A DNA stretch of 64,000 nucleotides from Pseudomonadota bacterium (GTDB lineage Bacteria > Desulfobacterota > Binatia > UBA9968). This document shows, one piece after another, positions 52,239 to 61,690 of the stretch; within the stretch, counting starts at the first letter, position 1; the number at the start of each line of letters is the position of its first letter. The stretch spans positions 199,293 to 263,292 of the forward strand of contig JAJPJQ010000051.1 in NCBI GenBank assembly GCA_021324155.1, written 5' to 3'. A program made the translations under genes and the position numbers. Under the pieces are notes generated by a model. It searched no databases and was not told where the DNA came from. It saw only the letters and a program-made list of their open reading frames with translations.

Positions 52239-53165
52239 ATGGCCAAGTTCAAAACCTTCAGCAAAGTTCTGCCGGCGGCGAATCTGCCGATGATGCCCGA
52301 TCAATCGATCGACGCGGAGGCATACCGCAAGCATCTCCGCTGGCTCACGACACACGACATCGGCGGCCTCGTGATCAGCGGCCACGCCGGCGAGCTCGAA
52401 TCGCTCACGCCGAAAGAGCGCATCCAGGTCGCCGAGATGGCGCGCAAGGAGATTCCGGATAATTTCCCGATGGTCGTCGGCTGCACCGGCCTCAGCACGC
52501 GCGAACTGGTCGAGTGCGCGAAAGACGCGAAGGCCGCCGGCGCGGACGGATTGCTCGTCATGCCGATCCCGCACTTCGCCTTCGGCGCCGTCGACCGGCC
52601 GGAGCTGATCGTCCCCTGCTTCGAGGAATTGGCCGATAAGGTCGACCTGCCGATGATCGTCTTCCGCTACGGCGTGAAGACCGGTTTAATGTATTCGGTC
52701 GAAGTCCTTCTGAAAATCGCCGAGAAAGTCCCGCAGGTGGTCGCGATCAAGGACTCGTCGTTCGACTACGAAGAGGCCTGGGTCGCGTTCCAGAATTTCC
52801 CGCGCAAGATCAATTTCCTCGTCGCGCACGGGAGCCTGTTTCTCATCCGCTTCGCCACCTCCGACGGCGCGGTCAGCTCGTTCTCCAACGTCGCGCCGGA
52901 GTTCATCACCAAGCTCTACGAGCTCGCGCACTCGGGCAAGATGGAAGAAGCGACGAAGCTCTTCAACAAAATCCGCCCGCTCTCCGACGCGATCTATCAC
53001 AAGACGCCGCTCATGCAGCACTGGGTAGTGGAAAAAGAGGCGCTCACGGCGCGCGGGCGCTTCCCGCGCTCGACCGTGCGGCCGCCGTTCCAGCCGCTGC
53101 CGCCGGAGCACATCGACGGCATCCGCAAGGCGGTCGCGGCGGCGGGCCTCGCGCCGCTGGCCTAG
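52239..53165 (+). CDS. dihydrodipicolinate synthase/N-acetylneuraminate lyase family (DapA-like) protein
   Basis: 308-aa ORF. GGLVISGHAGE, the TG motif and the active-site Lys region (VVAIKDSS) match the class I aldolase DapA family. Confidence 0.75.
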   Translation: MAKFKTFSKVLPAANLPMMPDQSIDAEAYRKHLRWLTTHDIGGLVISGHAGELESLTPKERIQVAEMARKEIPDNFPMVVGCTGLSTRELVECAKDAKAAGADGLLVMPIPHFAFGAVDRPELIVPCFEELADKVDLPMIVFRYGVKTGLMYSVEVLLKIAEKVPQVVAIKDSSFDYEEAWVAFQNFPRKINFLVAHGSLFLIRFATSDGAVSSFSNVAPEFITKLYELAHSGKMEEATKLFNKIRPLSDAIYHKTPLMQHWVVEKEALTARGRFPRSTVRPPFQPLPPEHIDGIRKAVAAAGLAPLA

Positions 53166-53171
53166 CGGCGC

Positions 53172-54143
53172 ATGAAGGAATTGAAAAACGTTATCCTCGG
53201 CGGGCTCTGCGCCGCCGCCGTTTTACTTCACGCGGTGGCCGACGCGAAGCCGGTGACGTTCGCCTACCAGACGCCGACGCTCGGCAGCACGCTGCCGCTC
53301 GTCGTCGGCATCGAATTCGGCTACTTCCCCGCCGAGGGACTCGACGTCAAGTCGGTCTTCATTATCGGCGGGCCGACCGCGACCGCCGCGCTGATCGGCG
53401 GCGACGTCGACTACGCGCTCATCGCCGGCGTACCCGCCGTGCGCGCGATCGCCGCGGGCGCGCCGCTCATGATCGTCGGCGGCATGCAGCCCTACATCGA
53501 TTACACATTGATGGGCGCGAAAGGCATTGCGTCGCTGAACGATCTCAGGGGCAAAGTCGTCGGCGTCACCGGCGCGGGCGGCATCGCCGAATTCGCCTCG
53601 GTCGAAGGGCTGGCGAAAAAAGGCTTCGTGCGCGACCGCGACTACAAAGTTCTCTACGGCGTCGGCAACAGCCCGGCGCGCGCGCAGGCGCTGGAAGCGG
53701 GCCGCATCCAGGCGTCGCCGTTTTCTTTCATGGAAAAGATCGAGCTCGAGCGCAAAGGATTCCCGACGCTTTTCGACATCGGCGAGGTGGTGAGCAACTT
53801 CCCATTCGTCGTGATCGTATCGACGCGCAAGAAAGCCGAGAGCGACCCCGACGGCGTCGTCGCGCTGCTCCGCGGCCTCAAGCGCGGCATCGACGCCTTG
53901 AAGACCGATCCGGAAAAGGTCATCGCGATGGTGCTCAAGAAAAATAAGTACGGCGACGCCGCGACCGTGCGCAAAGTCGTTGAGCACTTCGCCGGGGCCT
54001 ACTCCGTCGCGATCACGCGCGAGGAGATTGATGCCGTGATCAGCGCCGCGCACATCGAGGCCGAGGCGAAGAAGCTCGGCGGCGCGGATAAATTTTTCAT
54101 CGGATCGTTTTCGGCGAAGGCGCTGGGAGTGGGAAAAAAATAG
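53172..54143 (+). CDS. ABC-type substrate-binding protein, NMT1/THI5 (SsuA/TauA-like) family
   Basis: 323-aa ORF with a signal peptide. LRGKVVGVTGAGG family motif. Confidence 0.7.
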   Translation: MKELKNVILGGLCAAAVLLHAVADAKPVTFAYQTPTLGSTLPLVVGIEFGYFPAEGLDVKSVFIIGGPTATAALIGGDVDYALIAGVPAVRAIAAGAPLMIVGGMQPYIDYTLMGAKGIASLNDLRGKVVGVTGAGGIAEFASVEGLAKKGFVRDRDYKVLYGVGNSPARAQALEAGRIQASPFSFMEKIELERKGFPTLFDIGEVVSNFPFVVIVSTRKKAESDPDGVVALLRGLKRGIDALKTDPEKVIAMVLKKNKYGDAATVRKVVEHFAGAYSVAITREEIDAVISAAHIEAEAKKLGGADKFFIGSFSAKALGVGKK

Positions 54144-54338
54144 AGAATGGAAGGCGCCGACCGGGCTCAGAGCCTCTCAATGGGTTCGCGCTTATTCTTT
54201 CGCCTATAATCGAATGCGCGGCCTTTTCGCTCCGAACGGCGCCCGCGATCGGGAGGATGAGAGGCGCAGGATAAGGCGGTGGACGTCCAACACTGAAGTT
54301 TCTACGCTACTCGGCCGAACGGACCGTAAGGAGATATA

Positions 54339-55286
54339 ATGGCGCGTGAACTTGATTTGACCTTCTCCCTCGCCGACTACGACCGCACGCGGCCGATTCT
54401 CACCGGCGCGGTGAAAGCGGACGGCATCAATTTCCAATTCCGCCCCGCGGTTCCCGGCGAAGCGTGCCTCGTGCCGGTTTACGAGCAGTTCGACATCGCC
54501 GAGATGTCGCTCTCGTGGTACACGATGGCCCGGCTGCGCGGCGAGCCGGTGATTGCGCTGCCGATCTTTCCCATGCGCATGTTCGTCCAGCCGTATATTT
54601 TCTGCTCGGCGTCGGCGCCGATCCGCGCGGCGGAGGATTTGCGCGGGAAAAGAGTCGGCATGGACCAGTACCGCCTGACGGTCGGCCTCTGGGCGCGCGG
54701 CATCCTGCAGGAATTCTACGGCGTCCGCCCCGGCGAGATGGCATGGGTCGCCTCCGAGCCCGAAGGCGCTGGCTTCGAGCCGCCGCCGGACGTGCGCATC
54801 GAGGTCGGCGCGAGCAACGTCGAATCGCTCCTGCTCGACGGCGCGCTCGACGCGCTGATCGCGCCCAACGTGCCGCAAAGTTTCCAGCAGCGCGACCCGC
54901 GCATCCGCCGGCTTTTCGCCGACTGCCGCGCGGAGGTCGTGAGCTACTTTCGCAAGACGAATATTTTTCCCATCACGCACGTGGTCGTCATGCGCGAGGC
55001 GCTCGCGGCGGAGCATCCCTGGCTCGCCGCGCGCCTGGTCGATACCTTCGAAGCCGCCGAGAAAGCCTGCCGCAAGGCGTATGCCTATCCCAAGCGCCTG
55101 GCGCTGCCGGCGGCGGTGCTCGTCGTCGAGGAGGAGGAAGCGGCATTCGGCAAAGAGCCGTTCAAGCACGGCCTCACGGCTGACAATCTGCTTGTGCTCG
55201 AGAAGTTCATCCAGTACGCTCATGAGCAGGGGTACATTTCCCGCCGTCCGAAGCCGACCGAGATGTTCGCCGCCGTGGAAAATTAA
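54339..55286 (+). CDS. 4,5-dihydroxyphthalate decarboxylase (Pht5)-like protein, paralog 2
   Basis: MARELDLTFSLADYDRTRPILTGAV...FDIAEMSLSWY parallels 22520..23530. No signal peptide. Confidence 0.6.
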   Translation: MARELDLTFSLADYDRTRPILTGAVKADGINFQFRPAVPGEACLVPVYEQFDIAEMSLSWYTMARLRGEPVIALPIFPMRMFVQPYIFCSASAPIRAAEDLRGKRVGMDQYRLTVGLWARGILQEFYGVRPGEMAWVASEPEGAGFEPPPDVRIEVGASNVESLLLDGALDALIAPNVPQSFQQRDPRIRRLFADCRAEVVSYFRKTNIFPITHVVVMREALAAEHPWLAARLVDTFEAAEKACRKAYAYPKRLALPAAVLVVEEEEAAFGKEPFKHGLTADNLLVLEKFIQYAHEQGYISRRPKPTEMFAAVEN

Positions 55287-55290
55287 AAAC

Positions 55291-56901
55291 ATGTCCAGCT
55301 TCGCCGATTTCTGCGCGGACTTTTTCGCGCGCTACTTCGAGCTTCACCCGACCGAGGCGATCCACTACGGCGTTCCCGGCTACGATAACCGGCTGAAGGA
55401 CTACACCGACGAGGCGTATCGCGCGGAGAAGGTCTTCGCCGACGAGTCCCTCAAGCGCCTGCGGCAGGTCTCGGTCAAGGGCCTCAGCCCCGACGAGTTG
55501 CTCGACTACGCGCTGCTGGACGGCCGTCTCACGATCGACAACTACGAATTCAAAAAAGAGGACTATCGCCTCAAGTCGCCGGAGCAGTATCTCTCGACGT
55601 CGCATTTCTACATTCTGACGGTCAAGCCGACGAACGACGTCGCCGGCAACCTGCTCGCGCGTCTGGAGCGCTCGCCCGCCATTATCGATCAGGGCATCGC
55701 CAATCTGAGCCGTCCCGAGGCGAACCCGCCGCGTCTCTGGACCGAGATCGCGATCGAGTCCGCCAAGGGCGGGGTGACTTTTCTCGATAATCTCTGGAGC
55801 ATCCCGCGCGTCAAGGAGACGACCAAAGACCCCGGGCGCTTCAACCGCGCGGTCGAGAGCGCGAAGGCGGCGACGCAAAAATTTCTTGATTTCCTCGAGC
55901 GGAACCTGCGGCCGCGAAGCCGCGGGGTCTACGCCGTCGGCCCCGAGCACTATCACCTGCTGCTCAAGAAAAAACACTTCTTGAGCATCGACGCCGCGCA
56001 GCTGCTGGCGCAGGGCGAGGCGCTGTTCGCCGAGACGAAGAACCAGCTCGCCGCGCTCGCCGAGAAGATCGCGCCGGGGAAAGGCATCGAGGCGGCGGCG
56101 CGGCAAATCCAGGACCGTCATCCGCCGGCCTCCGAGCTGCTGCCCGTTTATCGCAAGGCGATGGAGGCCGCGCGCGCGTTCGTACGCGATCAGGGCCTCG
56201 TCACGTTTCCGCCGCGAGAGGAGCTGCGCGTCGTCTACACGCCGGAGTTCGAGCGGCACGAGATGCCGTTCGCCGCGTATCTCTCGCCGTCGCCGAAGGA
56301 CAGCGAGCAGATCGGCTATTATTATGTCACGCCGGTCGAGAGCGACGACCTGCTGCGCGAGCACAACTACACGGGCCTGGAGAATACCTCCGTTCACGAG
56401 AGTTATCCCGGCCATCACCTGCAATTCACGGTAGCGAACTCGATTCCCGCGGCCTGCACGCTGCCGCGCCTGATGAACGAATCGTCGGTCTTTTACGAGG
56501 GCTGGGCGCTGTATTGCGAGCAGCTCATGCAGGAGCAGGGTTTCTTGAAGACCGAAGAGCACCGCTTCGTCATGCTGAAGGACCGCCTGTGGCGCGCGCT
56601 CCGCATCATCATCGACGTGAAGACGCAGACCGGCCGGCTGACTTACGACGAGGCGGCCGATCTGATGGTGCGCGAATTACAATTCCCGCGTCAACAGGCC
56701 GAGGGCGATTTGAATTGGTACAGCCAGTCGCCGTCTGTCCCGATGGGCTACGCGCTCGGCTGGTCGATCATCAACCGCATGCGCGAGACGGAAAAAGCCA
56801 AGCACGGCCCGCGCTTCGATCTCCGCGCCTTCCACGACCGGCTCCTGAGCGCCGGCAGCATCTCACTCCCGCTCGTAGAGAAAAGACACTTTTCCGAGTA
56901 A
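55291..56901 (+). CDS. DUF885 family protein
   Basis: The real start MSSFADF lies inside ORF 55081..56901. ~536 aa. HESYPGHHLQ (HExxPGHH) is the DUF885 signature. Antisense ORF 55207..56562 rejected. Confidence 0.55.
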   Translation: MSSFADFCADFFARYFELHPTEAIHYGVPGYDNRLKDYTDEAYRAEKVFADESLKRLRQVSVKGLSPDELLDYALLDGRLTIDNYEFKKEDYRLKSPEQYLSTSHFYILTVKPTNDVAGNLLARLERSPAIIDQGIANLSRPEANPPRLWTEIAIESAKGGVTFLDNLWSIPRVKETTKDPGRFNRAVESAKAATQKFLDFLERNLRPRSRGVYAVGPEHYHLLLKKKHFLSIDAAQLLAQGEALFAETKNQLAALAEKIAPGKGIEAAARQIQDRHPPASELLPVYRKAMEAARAFVRDQGLVTFPPREELRVVYTPEFERHEMPFAAYLSPSPKDSEQIGYYYVTPVESDDLLREHNYTGLENTSVHESYPGHHLQFTVANSIPAACTLPRLMNESSVFYEGWALYCEQLMQEQGFLKTEEHRFVMLKDRLWRALRIIIDVKTQTGRLTYDEAADLMVRELQFPRQQAEGDLNWYSQSPSVPMGYALGWSIINRMRETEKAKHGPRFDLRAFHDRLLSAGSISLPLVEKRHFSE

Positions 56902-56968
56902 GTTTCGGTTTTCGCGTTTCGAGTTTCGTGTCGCCCGGAATCCGAACCCGGAACTCGAAACTGGTCGA
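56902..56968. repeat. GTTTCGAGTTTCG / GGAACTCGAAAC hairpin element (family member 3)
   Basis: gtttcggttttcgcGTTTCGAGTTTCGtgtcgcccggaatccgaacccgGAACTCGAAACtgg lies directly after the DUF885 stop. It shares the GTTTCGAGTTTC core with the elements at 24405 and 27476. Confidence 0.55.
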
Positions 56969-57000
56969 TAATTTCTCGGAGCTCAGGTATAGCAACGACA

Positions 57001-57945
57001 ATGGCGAAAACTAAAGAACGCCCGACTCAACCATTGTTGGGCGCGCACATGTCGATCGCCGGCGGCGTCCACAATTCTCTGCTCGAAGGCAAGAAGGTCG
57101 AGTGCCAGGCGATCCAGATCTTCACGCGCTCGTCGCGGCAGTGGGCCGTGCGGCCGTACGAGAAAGAAGAGATCGCGCTGTTCCATCGACACCGCAAGGA
57201 CACCGGCATCGGCACGGTCGTCGCGCACGATTCCTATCTCTTGAACCTGGGCTCGCCGGACGCGGCGCTGAGAAAAAAATCGATCGCGGCGTTCATCGAC
57301 GAGCTCATGCGCTGCGAAATGTTGGGCGTCGCCGCGCTGATCGCGCATCCCGGCGCGCACATGGGCGCGGGCGAGCTTCAGGGCATCAAGACGATCGCGC
57401 GCTCGCTCGACGAGGTCCATAAATCCTGCCGCGGCTTCAAGACGAAAGTCGCGCTCGAGATCACCGCCGGACAGGGAAGCTGCCTCGGCTATCGCTTCGA
57501 GCAGATCCGCGACATCATCGACGCGACGAAGGAGGGCGAGCGCCTGCGCGTCTGCTTCGACACCGAGCACGCGTTCGCCGCGGGCTACGATTTCCGCACC
57601 ACGAGCGGCTACGCGGCGGTGTTCGACGAATTCGACGAGCTCGTCGGCATCGAGCGCCTCGCGGCGTTTCACCTGAACGATTCGAAAAAGGAATTGGGCT
57701 CGCGCGTCGACCGCCACGATCACATCGGACAGGGACAGCTCGGCGTCGAGGCGTTCCGGCTGATCCTGAACGACCGGCGCTTCTTCGGACTGCCGATGTG
57801 CCTGGAGACGCCGAAAGGAAAAGATTTGAAAGAAGACCGCGAGAACCTGACGCTGCTCAGAAGCCTGATCGGGCGCGCCGCGCCGCCGGTCATCCCGCCG
57901 GGATCGAGATCCCGGGAAAAAAGTACTGCACGACCAGCCCGATAG
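57001..57945 (+). CDS. nfo: endonuclease IV (AP endonuclease family 2)
   Basis: LGAHMSIAGG, the three His/Asp/Glu metal-site blocks (HDSYLLNL, AHPGAH, CFDTEHAFAAGYD, HLNDS) and ~285 aa core. The atypical C-terminal ~25 aa overlaps the convergent VIT gene. Confidence 0.8.
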   Translation: MAKTKERPTQPLLGAHMSIAGGVHNSLLEGKKVECQAIQIFTRSSRQWAVRPYEKEEIALFHRHRKDTGIGTVVAHDSYLLNLGSPDAALRKKSIAAFIDELMRCEMLGVAALIAHPGAHMGAGELQGIKTIARSLDEVHKSCRGFKTKVALEITAGQGSCLGYRFEQIRDIIDATKEGERLRVCFDTEHAFAAGYDFRTTSGYAAVFDEFDELVGIERLAAFHLNDSKKELGSRVDRHDHIGQGQLGVEAFRLILNDRRFFGLPMCLETPKGKDLKEDRENLTLLRSLIGRAAPPVIPPGSRSREKSTARPAR

Positions 57946-58621
57946 CATAGCCGAATAGCGACGCGGCGACCGCAATAACAAAAAATTGCGCGCCCGAGGC
58001 GAAGAGCGGCTTCGCCGCGAGACGGCCCTTGAAGACGCCGACGGAAAAAAGCGTCAAGCCGGCGAGCGCGATCGAGACGTACAGTGCTTGCAAGCCCGAT
58101 AGCAGCAGATACGGCGCGAGCGGGATCGCTCCGCCCAGAACGAACGAGAGACCCATGACCAGCGCCGCCCGGACCGGCCGGTTGAGCTCGGCGGTTCCGA
58201 GGCCAAAAACTTTTTCCTGAAACGTCCGCAAAAACACTCCCTGCTGCTGTCCCAGCAGCTTGACGACGCGGTAGCCCTGCTCTTTCGTCATGCCTTCCTG
58301 GCTGAGCGCATTGAGCAGTCCTTCGGCGGCGATATAGGGCTCGGCTTCCGCCAGCTCGGCCGCGTCTTTAATCTCTTTATCGAAGATTTCCTTTTCGGCG
58401 TTGGAGGAGAGATACGATCCCGTCGCCATCGATACGGCGCCGGCGAACATCGCCGTCAGGCCCGTGATAATCACGACCAGATTATTTTCGGTCGCGCCCT
58501 GAATGCCGGCCAAAAGACCGACCGTGCTCATGAGCCCGTCCTGGATGCCGAAGACGAACTCGCGCACGCGCGCGCGGCTTTCGATGATCTCGCGCTTGCG
58601 TTGGATTTCGTCGAGGGCCAT
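57890..58621 (-). CDS. VIT1/CCC1-family iron/manganese transporter
   Basis: 243-aa ORF. FVFGIQDGLMSTVGLLAG N-terminal block and 5 TM helices are typical of the VIT family. Confidence 0.7.
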   Translation of the reverse strand: MALDEIQRKREIIESRARVREFVFGIQDGLMSTVGLLAGIQGATENNLVVIITGLTAMFAGAVSMATGSYLSSNAEKEIFDKEIKDAAELAEAEPYIAAEGLLNALSQEGMTKEQGYRVVKLLGQQQGVFLRTFQEKVFGLGTAELNRPVRAALVMGLSFVLGGAIPLAPYLLLSGLQALYVSIALAGLTLFSVGVFKGRLAAKPLFASGAQFFVIAVAASLFGYAIGLVVQYFFPGISIPAG

Positions 58622-58624
58622 AAA

Positions 58625-58660
58625 AAATAGTTTCGAGTTGTGTGTTTCGAGTCTGATCGT
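58625..58660. repeat. GTTTCGAG tandem element (family member 4)
   Basis: aaaaaataGTTTCGAGttgtgtGTTTCGAGtctg. On the minus strand it reads CTCGAAAC..CTCGAAACTATTTTTT after the stop of 58661..59215. Confidence 0.45.
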
Positions 58661-59215
58661 TTACCGCCCGATTTGTGACCTGTATTCTTTTACCGCCTTT
58701 ACGAAATTAGGTATCTTCTCGGGTGGGATGTCGTCGTATATGGGAATATTCTCATTTGCTGCTTCACGACCCCTTATTGGATTCGGTTCCAATTTAACGA
58801 CGCCGAGCAAAGGACGATTTCGCCGCTCAGCCATGTCCTTCTCGTCGGCGAACCATCCCTTAAAAAAACGGTATCGTGGCTTGAAAATTGTGAAAACTGG
58901 GAAGTCGGTATTCGAGGGAGCGCGCCGCTCGATCTCCGGCGCGTTCACAACGAAGTAGCCTTGGTCGTCGGTTAGTACTTCCACCGCATCGTAAAATTGA
59001 GTGTTGGTTTGTACGACGGCATATAGCTCGTAATACCAAGCCGCGACCACTGCGGCTCCGCGGATGGGCAAGTTGGTTCGCGCATCCACCACCTGACCTC
59101 GATACGGACCTCGTGTGCCCCAAAGAGAATAATCGCCAGTCCTTCTCGCGGCGCAACCGGACGATATTGGAAGCAAAATCAAAAAAAGTAAGAAGATCTT
59201 GATAGTCGATTGCAT
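58661..59215 (-). CDS. hypothetical lipoprotein (lower GC)
   Basis: 184-aa ORF with signal plus lipobox (ISSGC). GC clearly below the neighbours. No family recognised. Confidence 0.4.
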   Translation of the reverse strand: MQSTIKIFLLFLILLPISSGCAARRTGDYSLWGTRGPYRGQVVDARTNLPIRGAAVVAAWYYELYAVVQTNTQFYDAVEVLTDDQGYFVVNAPEIERRAPSNTDFPVFTIFKPRYRFFKGWFADEKDMAERRNRPLLGVVKLEPNPIRGREAANENIPIYDDIPPEKIPNFVKAVKEYRSQIGR

Positions 59216-59225
59216 GTACTTGAAG

Positions 59226-59753
59226 TCAGTATTTTAAATTCAATTCCCCGGTATTTTCGCCCGGCCGCCACTCCGCCGGGCAGAGACGGCCGGTGCGGAG
59301 CGCCTTGAGCACGCGCAGCGTCTCCTCGACGCTGCGCCCCACGTTCATGTGGCTCACCATGAGATAATTCACTTCGCGCGCGGGATTGAGAATAAACGTC
59401 GCGCGCGCGCTGACGCCCTCCTTCTCGATGAGCACGCCGTAATCGCGGCTCATTTTTTTCTCGACGTCGCTGAGCAGCGGAAAGTCGATGCCGCCAAGCT
59501 CGTCGATCCACGAGCGGTGCGTCTCGATCGGATCGACGCTCGCGCCGAGCACCTCGGCCTGCTCGACGCGAAAATCTTTCGCGAATTTGCTGAAGCCCGT
59601 CACCTCCGTCGGGCAGATGAAGGTGAAATCCGCCGGATAGAAAAACAGCACGAGCCATTTGCCCGGAAACGACTCCAGTGAGTAATTGGCGATCTTGCCG
59701 CCGAGAATGCCCTGGAGCTTAAACTCGGGCGCCTTCGAACCCATCGCGACCAT
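59226..59753 (-). CDS. peroxiredoxin (AhpC/TSA 2-Cys family)
   Basis: FYPADFTFICPTE peroxidatic-Cys motif and a resolving Cys near the C-terminus (RLCPAEW). ~170 aa. Confidence 0.8.
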   Translation of the reverse strand: MVAMGSKAPEFKLQGILGGKIANYSLESFPGKWLVLFFYPADFTFICPTEVTGFSKFAKDFRVEQAEVLGASVDPIETHRSWIDELGGIDFPLLSDVEKKMSRDYGVLIEKEGVSARATFILNPAREVNYLMVSHMNVGRSVEETLRVLKALRTGRLCPAEWRPGENTGELNLKY

Positions 59754-59787
59754 ATTCTCTCCTCGAAAACGGAAGTCGAGAAATTTC

Positions 59788-60471
59788 TTAATCCGGCAGG
59801 TTGCGCCAGAGGGAGAAGGTCACGTCGTCCCGCTCCGCCGCTTCGGCCGTGAACCACGGCTCGGCCGACTCGCCGCCCTTCAACAGTCCGAAAAAGTAAA
59901 TCCGCAGCATCTGCTCGATCAATTGCGGCAGCGGCAGGTCGCGCTTCGGATGATACCAGGTGTAGATCCAGTTCATCATCCCGAAGAGCGCGAAGGTCGC
60001 GGCGCGGATGTCGATCACCCGGCCGCTCTCGCGTCCCTGCACCTCGCCGATCAGGTCCATCAGGATCTTGACGTAGCGGCGCTTGAGCACGAGCATCTGC
60101 TCCTGGAATTTGCCCGTGAGCGACTCGTCCTCGTGCGCCATAACTTTCATTTCGTGCATGTTGTGGAGAAAAAAGCCGAGATGATTCTCGGCGAAGAGGC
60201 GGACGCGAACGCGCGCGTCCTCATCGGGGTTCACCGTCTCCCAGCGCTGTAGCAGCGTCAGGATGCAGCGCTCCTGAATCAGGAACAGCAGCTCTTCTTT
60301 CGTCCGGAAATAATAGTAGAGGCCGGCGAGGCTCATGCCGGTCGCGCGCGAGATATCGCGGATCGATGTGCTGTGGAAACCCTTCTCGGCGAATATCTTC
60401 GCCGCGCACTTGAGGATCGTTTCGAGCTTCTCGTCGTAGTGGCGCGTAGGAGTATCGCTGCGGGTCGCCAT
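59788..60471 (-). CDS. TetR/AcrR-family transcriptional regulator
   Basis: N-terminal HTH (ILKCAAKIFAEKGFHSTSIRDISRATGMSLAGLYYYFRTKEELL) is the classic TetR signature. Upstream of the peroxiredoxin on the same strand. Confidence 0.75.
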   Translation of the reverse strand: MATRSDTPTRHYDEKLETILKCAAKIFAEKGFHSTSIRDISRATGMSLAGLYYYFRTKEELLFLIQERCILTLLQRWETVNPDEDARVRVRLFAENHLGFFLHNMHEMKVMAHEDESLTGKFQEQMLVLKRRYVKILMDLIGEVQGRESGRVIDIRAATFALFGMMNWIYTWYHPKRDLPLPQLIEQMLRIYFFGLLKGGESAEPWFTAEAAERDDVTFSLWRNLPD

Positions 60472-60594
60472 GACGAATCATCTTCGCAAAGGGACAATGG
60501 GGTGTCAATCGAAGCTGAATATGGGGCGGTCGCATGCCTCGCAGCACAGGCGATTAATGCTTCTTCCACGGCGTTGTGCGAAGTATACTGAAGC

Positions 60595-61680
60595 ATGCGC
60601 CTTCCCGTGAACCCGCCGGTCTTGCCGATGCTCGCCAAGCGTCTCTCCGAATTGCCCGCGGGCGACGGCTGGATCTTCGAGCCGAAGTGGGACGGGTTTC
60701 GCGCATTGGTGTTTCGCGACGGCGACGAAGTTCTGATTCAGAGCCGCGACGAGAAATCGTTCAACCGCTACTTTCCCGAGCTGATCGACCCGCTGCGCGC
60801 GCAGCTGCCGGCGCGCTGCGTGCTCGACGGCGAGATCGTCGTCGTACAGGACGGCGCGCTCGAGTTCGACACGCTGCAGCAGCGGATTCATCCCGCCGCG
60901 TCGCGCGTCAAGCTGCTCTCGCAGCGAACTCCGGCGTCGATCGTCTTCTTCGATCTGCTCGCCGAAGGAGATGAGGATCTGCGCGAGACGCCGTTCGCGG
61001 ATCGCCGGCAAAGGCTCGAAGCGCTCCTTTCGTCCGCCGCGCCGCCGCTGCACTTGACGCCCGCGACCCGCGATTTGAAAACCGCGCGCGACTGGTTTCG
61101 CCGTTTCGAGGGCGCCGGCCTCGACGGCGTCGTCGCCAAGCCGGTTGCGGGCATTTACGAGCCCAATAAGCGCGCGATGCTCAAGATCAAGCACGAGCGC
61201 GAGTGCGATTGCGTCGTCGCGGGTTTTCGCTGGCACAAGAAAGGCGCGCGCACGATGGTCGGCTCGCTGCTGCTCGGTCTCTACAACGACGCCGGCGCGC
61301 TGCAACACGTCGGCGTATGCGCGAGCTTTACCGAAGCCAAGCGCCGCGAGCTGGTGGAATTTCTCGCGCCCTACCGCAAGAACGCGCTGGCGGATCATCC
61401 GTGGAAAGATTGGGCCGAGCAGGAATCGGGCGACGGCGACGGGCAGCGCATGCCCGGCGCGCAGAGCCGCTGGAGCGGCGGCAAGGACATGTCGTGGGAG
61501 CCGCTCCGTCCGGAGCTCGTCGTCGAAGTCGCTTACGACCACATGCAGAGCGACCGCTTCCGCCATACGGCGCAGTTTCGCCGCTGGCGCACGGACAAGA
61601 AGCCGCGCGACTGCACGTACGAGCAGCTCGAAGTCGTCGCGCCGGAAGAGCTGGCGGCGATTTTCGCGCGCGGCCGCTGA
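60595..61680 (+). CDS. ATP-dependent DNA ligase (LigD ligase-domain / LigC-type)
   Basis: EPKWDGFR (motif I lysine), later adenylation motifs and an OB domain. 361 aa. Confidence 0.8.
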   Translation: MRLPVNPPVLPMLAKRLSELPAGDGWIFEPKWDGFRALVFRDGDEVLIQSRDEKSFNRYFPELIDPLRAQLPARCVLDGEIVVVQDGALEFDTLQQRIHPAASRVKLLSQRTPASIVFFDLLAEGDEDLRETPFADRRQRLEALLSSAAPPLHLTPATRDLKTARDWFRRFEGAGLDGVVAKPVAGIYEPNKRAMLKIKHERECDCVVAGFRWHKKGARTMVGSLLLGLYNDAGALQHVGVCASFTEAKRRELVEFLAPYRKNALADHPWKDWAEQESGDGDGQRMPGAQSRWSGGKDMSWEPLRPELVVEVAYDHMQSDRFRHTAQFRRWRTDKKPRDCTYEQLEVVAPEELAAIFARGR

Positions 61681-61690
61681 AAGAATTTCG

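Noticed and set aside
55207-56562. 451-aa ORF antisense to DUF885 gene
   Set aside because: The sense frame carries the HExxPGHH DUF885 signature. The antisense frame is Arg/Leu-rich.
56983-57981. 332-aa ORF antisense to nfo
   Set aside because: The nfo frame has all endonuclease IV metal-site blocks. The antisense frame is composition-driven.
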